Origin: Octopus vulgaris
Taxonomy: Eukaryota
DNA length: 64,000 nucleotides
NCBI GenBank assembly: GCA_951406725.2
Contig: OX597826.1
Location: 74,648,001-74,712,000 of the forward strand
Reading direction: 5' to 3'
Made by a program: the position numbers and the translations under genes. The notes below the pieces were generated by a model. That model was not told the DNA's origin. It saw nothing but the letters and a program-made list of their open reading frames with translations, and ran no database searches. Position 1 is the first letter of the stretch. Every line of letters begins with the position of its first letter. Shown here piece after piece: positions 56,167-64,000 of this stretch.

Positions 56167-56721
56167 AAAAAAATGAAGTTCGAAAATGCTGCTGTATTAT
56201 ACAATTTTTAATTTTTATATATACATTATAACATGTTTCAGTTCCTGAAATGAACTTTATCAAAAAAAGTTATATATAAAAAAAGACAGCTCATGCCGTC
56301 AAACACAAGAAATTCATTTATAATACACAACGGAGTCAGACATCTTAGAGTTCATGTATAGTTGATATATAGTTCATGTATAGTTGATATATAGTTTGAA
56401 GTATATGTTCAAAGTGTTCGATGCAGTGGCCCACGGTGGCGATACGTATTCAATACAAAAAACAGATCAAAGTGGTGGAAAGCGGTCAATACAGAAGATT
56501 GATGTTTCCGAAAGAGCGAGGAATTCATTTTTACCTTAAGCAATTGTGATGACCCATGGTGGATGTTCGCTGGGTGGTTCTAATGAGTTTTTGTGAAGTG
56601 TTCGGTTTTATAATGCCTGTTAGGTGGTCAATTCAGCGTAGCGTGACGTCATCAACGTTTTGACCAATCGTTTCGTTAGGTGGCTTTAGTCAAGTAGAAC
56701 GGGACGTCATCATTATTTTGA

Positions 56722-56726
<5 letters not shown>
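56161..56726 (-). mobile_element. Second copy of H5
   Basis: Reverse complement of 17943-18510, lying between (TA)n tracts. Confidence 0.9.
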
Positions 56727-56756
<30 letters not shown>

Positions 56757-56760
<4 letters not shown>

Positions 56761-56953
56761 GACCGCGTGTGTATCATTGGCGATTTTTTTCCTCCGTCTT
56801 CCCTTCTTTGGATCTTTCCTTTTCCTATGTTTCTGACGAAGAGCTCCGCTCGAAACGTTAAATCCTCCTTCTTACTTTCTTTTCCTGAACGTCCAATAAT
56901 ACTTTATTTGTTCCACGTCATTGTGTTGTGTGTTTTCATGTTTGGATTAACAA
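56757..56953 (+). mobile_element. Third copy of H1 with intact minimal HHR at 56830-56862
   Basis: CTGACGAAGAGCTCCGCTCGAAACGTTAAA. Confidence 0.8.
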
Positions 56954-56954
56954 T

Positions 56955-57019
<65 letters not shown>

Positions 57020-57046
57020 GTGCGCGTGTGTGTGTGTATGTATGTA

Positions 57047-57077
<31 letters not shown>

Positions 57078-57227
57078 GTAAATGAGTAACGGACCGCGAC
57101 TGATTGGAGTTCTGTTCAGTGGGGGAGTTGGCCTACTCGCCTAACCAGCAGAGTGGCCTCTTTCGAAAGCTACGACACATTGAACATCCGATAGTCGGGT
57201 TAATGCAGTTATAAAAAGAATAAAACC

Positions 57228-57232
57228 TTCTT

Positions 57233-57319
<87 letters not shown>

Positions 57320-57445
57320 TTTCTTCTTCTTCTTCTTCTTCTTCTTCTTCTTCTTCTTCTTCTTCTTCTTCTTCTTCTTCTTCTTCTTCTTCTTCTTCTT
57401 TTTCTTCTTCTTCTTCTTCTTCTTCTTCTTCTTCTTCTTCTTCCT
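57228..57445. repeat. (CTT)n(ATT)n(CTT)n
   Basis: Seen directly. Confidence 0.95.
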
Positions 57446-58019
57446 CGTCTCCTCCTCCTCCCCTTTCTGTCTCCTCTCTAATATGTATCTGCATGTATGC
57501 CTCATATACGCACTGCTATATATTTATATACATTCATACTCACTTTGCACAACGCAATTCGTATAATGTTCACAGGCACGCATATAAAAACAAATTTCAT
57601 CTAAAAAAAAACCCTGCTTGTATGGACATTGGACGCATGCGCATACGCTGTTTTAACTCCATAATTCACCGCGATGCAGAGAGCGATAACGCAGATAACA
57701 TCGCTTGCACAATTATGTAAATGACATCGATACGAAAGACAGGCCCGGTATTATGTTATTCTAATGAAGCCGCAACCGTTTATGTTAGGAGCTATTTAAC
57801 TCTGGCCACAAGATATCCTGGAACTGGAAGGAGACAGATCGTTTCTGATAGTCTTGAAAGGCTATTTTTAAACATGGTCTCCGTGTCGTTGCCGGCCATC
57901 TTCGGCTTCGAGTCGCTATCGTTGATTAAAAACTGTGTAATGGTCGTCAGCGATGGTGGTGGTTGTAAATAGGGTTGCCGACGTTCAGATGAGGAGATCT
58001 GCCGATAGACGGCGATGGA

Positions 58020-58020
58020 G

Positions 58021-58078
<58 letters not shown>

Positions 58079-58755
58079 TTGTTGTTGTTGATGTAGTAGT
58101 AGTAGTAGTATTAGTATTAGTAGTAGTAGTAGTTGTAGTAGAGGTGGTGGTGGTGGTGGTGGCGGTAGTAGTGGTGGTGGTAATAGTGGTTGTAGTAGTA
58201 GTTGTAGTAGTAGCAGTAGTGGTGGCGGTGGTGGTGGTAGTGATAATAGTAGTTGTAGTAGTAATAGTAGTAGTGGTGGTGGTGGTGGTGGTAGTGATAA
58301 TAGTAGTTGTAGTAGTAATAGTAGTAGTAGTAGTGGTGGTGGTGGTAGTAGTAGTAGTAGCAGTAGTGGTGGTGGTGGTGGTGGTAGTGATAATAGTAGT
58401 TGTAGTAGTAATAGTAGTAGTAGTAGTGGTGGTGGTGGTAGTAGTAGTAGTGGTGGTAGTAGTAGTAGTAGTAGTGGTGGTGGTGGTGGTGATGGTGGTA
58501 GTAGTAGTAGTAGTAGTGGTAGTGGTGGTGGTGGTGGTAGTAGCAGTAGTAGTAGTGGTGGTAATAGTGGTTGTAGTAGTAGCAGTAGTGGTGGTGATGG
58601 TGGTAGTAGTAGTAGTAGTAGTGGTGGTAGTGGTGGTGGTGGTGGTGGTGTGATGGTGGTGGTGGTGGTGGTAGTAGTAGTAGTAGTGGTGGTAGTGGTG
58701 GTGGTGGTGGTGGTGATGGTGGTGGTGGTGGTGGTGGTAGTGGTGGTGGTGGTGA
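58020..58755. repeat. (GCT)n(GTT)n then (GTA/GTG)n with higher-order repeats
   Basis: GGTAGTGATAATAGTAGTTGTAGTAGTAATAGTAG recurs three times. Confidence 0.9.
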
Positions 58756-58892
58756 CGTTGGAGATTGCTTTCCTACTGTTGAATGGTGTGGTAATGGGGG
58801 TGGGTGGGGGTGGGGGTGGGGATCGGGTGCCTCCTTGGTCTGACTTCAGATAAAGATTTTCATAACGAGTTATATATGTTCGCTTGTTGCCT

Positions 58893-59071
58893 TTTACTTG
58901 CATCAGTCATTGGACTGCGGCCACCCTGGAGCACCACCTTAAAAGATTTAGTCAAAGAAATCGACCACAGTACTTTTTCTCTGTTTTCAAAGCTAGTTTT
59001 TATTCTATCGATCTCTATGCCGAACCGCTACGTTACGGAAACATAACCAACACAGGTTGTCAAACAGTGAT

Positions 59072-59114
<43 letters not shown>

Positions 59115-59270
59115 TACATACAGAAACAAACAAGCACACAATATTATGGGCTTCCACGCAGTTTCCGTTTTTCAAATTCACTCACAAGGAAATGGTGATC
59201 CCGGGGAGAGAATAAAATATATTTTCCTGTCTTGCCGCGCAGTAGAACTGGAACCGAAACCACAAAAGTG
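58893..59270 (-). mobile_element. Old SINE family A
   Basis: CAGTCATTGGACTGCGGCC...GGAGCACC tail and CAGTTTCCGT body, with internal (CA)n. Confidence 0.7.
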
Positions 59271-59477
59271 AACTCAAACTATTTTCAAGGAGCTGTGACA
59301 AGGGGTTCATATTCGCTCTTAGGGACCTTCAAGAACACCCATATCACTGTGTTATGATGAATGGCAACTGTGACAGGGGATTAGGGTATAATTAAGCACA
59401 GTTCCGAAACTGTAACCGATATCAGATGTTCAGTTGTACCTTTCAACCTATTAATAAATAAATAAATAAATAAAACT

Positions 59478-59800
59478 GGTACTCCGTCGGTTTCGACGAC
59501 GAGGATTTCAGTGGATCCGATCAACGAAGCAGCTTGCTCATAAAATTAACGCGCAAGCGGCTGAGCACTCCACAGACATGCGTACCTTTAATGTAGTTCT
59601 CAGGGAGCTTCAGCGTGGCACAAAGTGTGACAAGGCTGGCCCCTTTGAAATACAGATACAACTGGTTTTTTCCAGCTGAGTGGACTGAAGGAATGTGAAA
59701 TAAAATGTCTTGCTCAAGGACACAACGCGCTGCTAGCAATCGAACTCACGACCTTACGACCATGAGCCGGATGCCCTAACCACGTGGCCACACTCCTCCA
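59478..59800 (-). mobile_element. SINE with D-type central domain and tail i
   Basis: GTGTCCTTGAGCAAGACATTTTA...CACTCAGCTG followed by GTCTGTGGAGTGCTCAGCC. Confidence 0.8.
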
Positions 59801-59884
59801 CCAACTTACTGGCGTGTAGTTATACACCGGACAGATTTTACGAGACCACTAGTTCCGGATGAGTAATACTGATAACCATGTATA

Positions 59885-60507
59885 AGGCGGCGAGATGGCA
59901 GAATCGTAAGCACGCCGGGCGAAATGCTTAGCGGTGTTTCGTCTGCCGTTACGTTCTGAGTTCAAATTCCGCCGAGGTCGACTTTGCCTTTCATCCTTTC
60001 GGGGTCGATTAAATAAGTACCAGTTACGCACTGGGGTCGATATAATCGACTTAATCCGTTTGTCTGTCCTTGTTTGTCCCCTCTGTGTTTAGCCCCTTGT
60101 GGGTAGTAAAGAAATAGGTATTTCGTCTGTCTTTACGTTCTGGGTTCAAATTCACCAAAGCCGACTTTGCCTTTCATTCTGTCGGGATCGATAAATTAAG
60201 TACCAGTTGCATATTGGGGTCGATCTAATCGACTGGCACCCTCCCCCAAAATTTCTGGCCTTGTGTCTATAGCAGAAACGACTACTGATAACGGCGAGAT
60301 GGCAGAATCGTTAGCACGCCGGGAAAAAATGCTTAGTGACATTTCGTCTCTTGCTACGTTCTGAGTTCAAATTCCGTCGAGGTCGACTGTACACTTCATC
60401 CATTTCGAGATCGATAAAATAAGTACCAGTCGTGCAGTGAGGTCGATGTGATCGACTAGTCTCCTCCCCTGGAATTACTGGCCTCGTGCCAAAATTGGAA
60501 ACCAATA
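59885..60507 (+). mobile_element. SINE B dimer followed by an old SINE B
   Basis: Junction GGTATTTC at 60117; the next copy starts at ~60292. Confidence 0.85.
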
Positions 60508-60926
60508 CTAATAACCATATATACACGCATTAAATCATCCACACGTCCAAAATGAAGGTGTACAAAGGAATTCTAGGTTCTTATGTGAATATAGAGACGC
60601 AAAATGTGTGTTATGGTTTTATAAAAACAAAAAAATTCTGTGCAGATAAATAGCAATAGATAAAACAGTGTATAAACTGTAAAATTTGAGTTAAAAGCAA
60701 ACTGGCTGTTATCTTCATAATTCGATCTGTTGTACCATGGAACTCTTGAGCAAATCTATCATCTTCCTAACGTATTCATAAACTGATCAATAATTCGCGG
60801 GATCTTTCGGATCCTTTGTATTCTAATTTGCAGCTATTTGATATATTTTTGTGTGTGTATATATATATATATATATACCTGTCTATCTGTCACTCTCTCT
60901 ATATATCTATCTGTCTCTCTGTTTAT

Positions 60927-61031
<105 letters not shown>

Positions 61032-61391
61032 CATAGACACCTGTCTATGTATGTATATATATGTGTGTGTGTGTACGTGTGTGTGCGCTTATGTGTGTAT
61101 ATATGTGTGTGTGTGTGTGTATATACGTGTGTGTGCGCGCGCTTGTGTGTATATATATATGTGTGTGTGTGACAGATGTCCAAAAAGAAGCCAATATCAT
61201 TTTAAAATAAATTAATAGTTCGCTCTCTCTCTCTCTTTCACTCCCTCTCTCCTTCACTCCCTCTCTTTTTCACTCTCTCTCTCGCTTTCTCTCTTTCCCT
61301 CTCCCCTCCCTCTCTCTCTCTTAATCTCCTCTCTTGCCATGATATACTTCATCAATAGTTAATTCTGTCTTTGTCCTTTTTTTTTTTGCAG

Positions 61392-61863
61392 AACACATCT
61401 ATGTAAAAATCAAGCAGTTATAACCTTTCCCAGAGACCAGTGCAGGCACTCAAGCGGTGTCAGCGACACGTGTTCTAGTCGAAGTGGCAGCACCGGAAGT
61501 GTTAGTCGCGAAATTCCGTCAAGCAAAACAAGGGTTACACTTGTTCACAACCCAACAAATTCATCGATATTTAATAGCAGAGACGTATCTCAATTCGAGA
61601 GGAGTTACTCAGACAAAAATAGCAGAAGAGCATCCGAATACGAAAGGAGTACTTCAGAGAGAAATCATCACTGTTTCCCTCACAGACTTGGCCGAAATAT
61701 TGGCACGCTGTTCTGTAAATCCAAAATGTTACGTTTGGGTGTGTTGCTATTAGTTTTAATAATTTGGGTTGGAGTAACCTATTCAGCAATAAAGAATCAA
61801 TCAGTGGGTAACGGAGGTCAGTTGAAACAGGCTAACAACACATATCACCCGTCACACCAGTTG
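61392..61863 (+). CDS. Exon of a secreted or membrane protein (signal peptide or signal anchor); gene continues beyond the window
   Basis: Acceptor T-run-GCAG|A and donor TTG|GTAAGT. The frame from 61393 is stop-free for 157 codons. AAAATG at 61726 gives MLRLGVLLLVLIIWVGVTYSAIKNQSVGNGGQLKQANNTYHPSHQL, with N-glycosylation sequons NQS and NNT. Confidence 0.75.
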
Positions 61864-62084
61864 GTAAGTTTCTTCTCTCACCTCAGTTGTTTGTTTTGAC
61901 TAAAAAATGTTGATGTTTGATTTCTTGCCCCTTTTGTCCAGTCCTTTTGGTCATTTGTTGTCAGTATCCTCTTCACATTTATGATCATCATGATCATCAC
62001 CATCATCATCAGCAGCAGCAGCAACAACAGCAGCAGCATCAACATTATTGTTATTACTGTTATCATGCATACGTCAACATCATT

Positions 62085-62119
<35 letters not shown>

Positions 62120-62258
62120 CATCATCGTTTAACGTCCGCTTTCCATGCTAGCATGGGTTGGACCATTTGACTGAGGGCTGGCGAACCAGATGCCTGCACC
62201 AGGCTTCAATCTTGATCTGGCAGAGTTTCTACAGCTTGATAACTTTCCTAACGCCAAT
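62085..62258 (-). mobile_element. Retroposon 3' end with (GAT)n tail, RTE-type
   Basis: Minus strand GGCGTTAGGAA...CTGTAGAAACTCTGCC...CATGCTAGCATGGAAAGCGGACGTTAAAC(GAT)n. Confidence 0.6.
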
Positions 62259-62351
62259 GAACGTCAACGAACGTTCTTTTTATGCCCATCAAGTATCGTA
62301 AACATCTGGATTACATACATACGTACGTTCGTATGCATGTATGTATGTTAA

Positions 62352-62418
<67 letters not shown>

Positions 62419-63249
62419 CGTTCAAAGCTGGTGGTTCACTCCGTCGCTATTCAGAATTTTGTGCCACATGTTGCCCGAAGGATCGCTTATGACTTGAAAG
62501 TCAGATTACCATCAAACGAATAAACTCTGCTACATGTTTGGAATTCTCTGTGTGTGTATGTGCAGAGAAAGAAAGAAAGAAAGAAAGAAAGAAAGTAAGA
62601 AAGAAAGAGAGGAGGAAGTGATTGATTAACAGAGGTGAAGGAAGGATGAAAAGCTAGACTACTTCAATTGGAAAATAATAATGACCTCGATGAAAAGAGA
62701 AAACAAAACCAGCCTCTTCTATCTTATAAATTCGTCCAGCACACTGTCCTCTTTTGTAATATCCACCAACCATGCAAACTGTTGAGCTGTAGATAATTTG
62801 TTAAGTCCCATATGACCTATCAACCGGTTCACATAAACGGACAGGAGAATGGTATGCACATAACAAACCACTGTAGGACGCGTTTTCCTGACCCGAAAAT
62901 GTAAATGGGTCTTTTGTTGATTCCCAGTTGTTCAGTCAACTCATTGGATTATAATCTAAGTGGCTGAGTATTTCTGAAACAACTTTACCCTGAACCTAAT
63001 TCTGAAGCAGAATTTGAGCGTGACACAGTGTACGATAAATCTGATCCTTTGAATTATGAATTTCAGGTTCATAGTTCATAGCTGATCTGGGGCCGGTTCC
63101 CTCAGTTTTCCTCAGCCTAATTTCACTCTCATAACTTGGGCCGATCTGACGTTCTAGTATGAAGCATTCAGGGTCTAATTCAGTGGAATCAAAACCAAAA
63201 CTTTCGTAATCACGAATCAAATTTCTTAACCGTTTGGTTATGTTTCACC

Positions 63250-63513
63250 CAGTGGTCCTCAACCAGGGTTCACTGACCCTTGGGGCTCCATATAAAACTT
63301 TTGTCGTTAATATTTATATGTAATTAGTTAGTCATACGCAAATACACAAAATAGCTTAACAATTTTTTTTCATATAGTACCTAATAATTTTTAATTATAA
63401 AATATAATAGGATTCTTTTTACTATCGAATGGGTGTGAGGGCCCACCCGAGTAAAACGAGAATCAAAGGGATCCTTAGGTAAAAAAAAATAATAAAATGG
63501 TTGAGAATCGCTG
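63250..63513. mobile_element. hAT (Charlie/Buster-like) MITE
   Basis: TIRs CAGTGGTCCTCAACC and GGTTGAGAATCGCTG; the 8-bp TSD is not preserved. Confidence 0.7.
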
Positions 63514-63904
63514 GTGTAGATGATGATGCAAAGTAGCGCTGGTAGGTCTGTCTTAGTTTTAGGAGAGAATGATAGACAATCAGAAAGGACATGAGAACGG
63601 TGACCGTTATATAGCAGAGAATAGACAGAATAAATAACAGTCACCGAGTCTGTCCACGCATCTATTGACCGAACATTCATCAGTCATTTGACTGGGCAGG
63701 ATCCTCATGTACGTTGATATATATACTAAGCAGTGTAATGTACAGTTTGCATGTGGAGTTTGGACTAACCAGACGATCAATTGTTCGTGACGCAGATCTG
63801 CAGACGATAAATGAGTAACTTAACACTTCTTTGTGATACAGCCTTGACTTGAAACGAAAGCATTCAATATTTTATGCAACTTGGTTCGTGTTTGCTTTTT
63901 TATT

Positions 63905-64000
63905 TCTTTTATCTTTTACTTGCTTGTCATTAGACTGTGACCATGCTGGGGCACCGCCTTTAAGAAATTTCTGTCGTATGAATCGACCCCAGTACTATTT
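63905..64000 (-). mobile_element. SINE family A 3' end, cut by the window edge
   Basis: GTCATTAGACTGTGACCATGCTGGGGCACCGCC...ATCGACCCCAGTAC. Confidence 0.75.

Noticed and set aside
61457-61753. 98-aa GTG-start ORF as the gene
   Set aside because: It has no ATG and stops before the splice donor; the other frame carries the signal peptide and reads through the donor.

Overview
Eukaryotic, AT-rich, extremely microsatellite-dense non-coding DNA. The SINE families and repeat landscape resemble an octopus (coleoid cephalopod) genome; this is an inference from recognition, not a search. Almost all ORFs in the supplied track are microsatellite artefacts. The only convincing host coding piece is one + strand exon (61392-61863) that encodes a signal-peptide/signal-anchor N-terminus, plus a possible 70-nt upstream exon (15538-15607). 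Most of the window is therefore probably intron or upstream DNA of one gene. It holds four tRNA-headed SINE groups (labelled A-D here), remnants of a mariner-type transposase, an R4/Dong-type LINE and a CR1-like LINE, plus Helitron, Helentron and MITE pieces. The main unexplained signal is a set of mutually unrelated short elements, mostly strung on (TA)n tracts, each carrying a minimal type I hammerhead-ribozyme (HHR) motif, as in Penelope-like pseudo-LTRs and retrozymes. Between families the catalytic 3:8 pair covaries (C-G, U-A, G-C). Two carry long stem II hairpins, one is a 149-bp tandem array, and several element ends coincide with helix I. A second signal is a SINE that appears to insert repeatedly into a fixed site of its own older copies. 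Coordinates and identities were read by eye.
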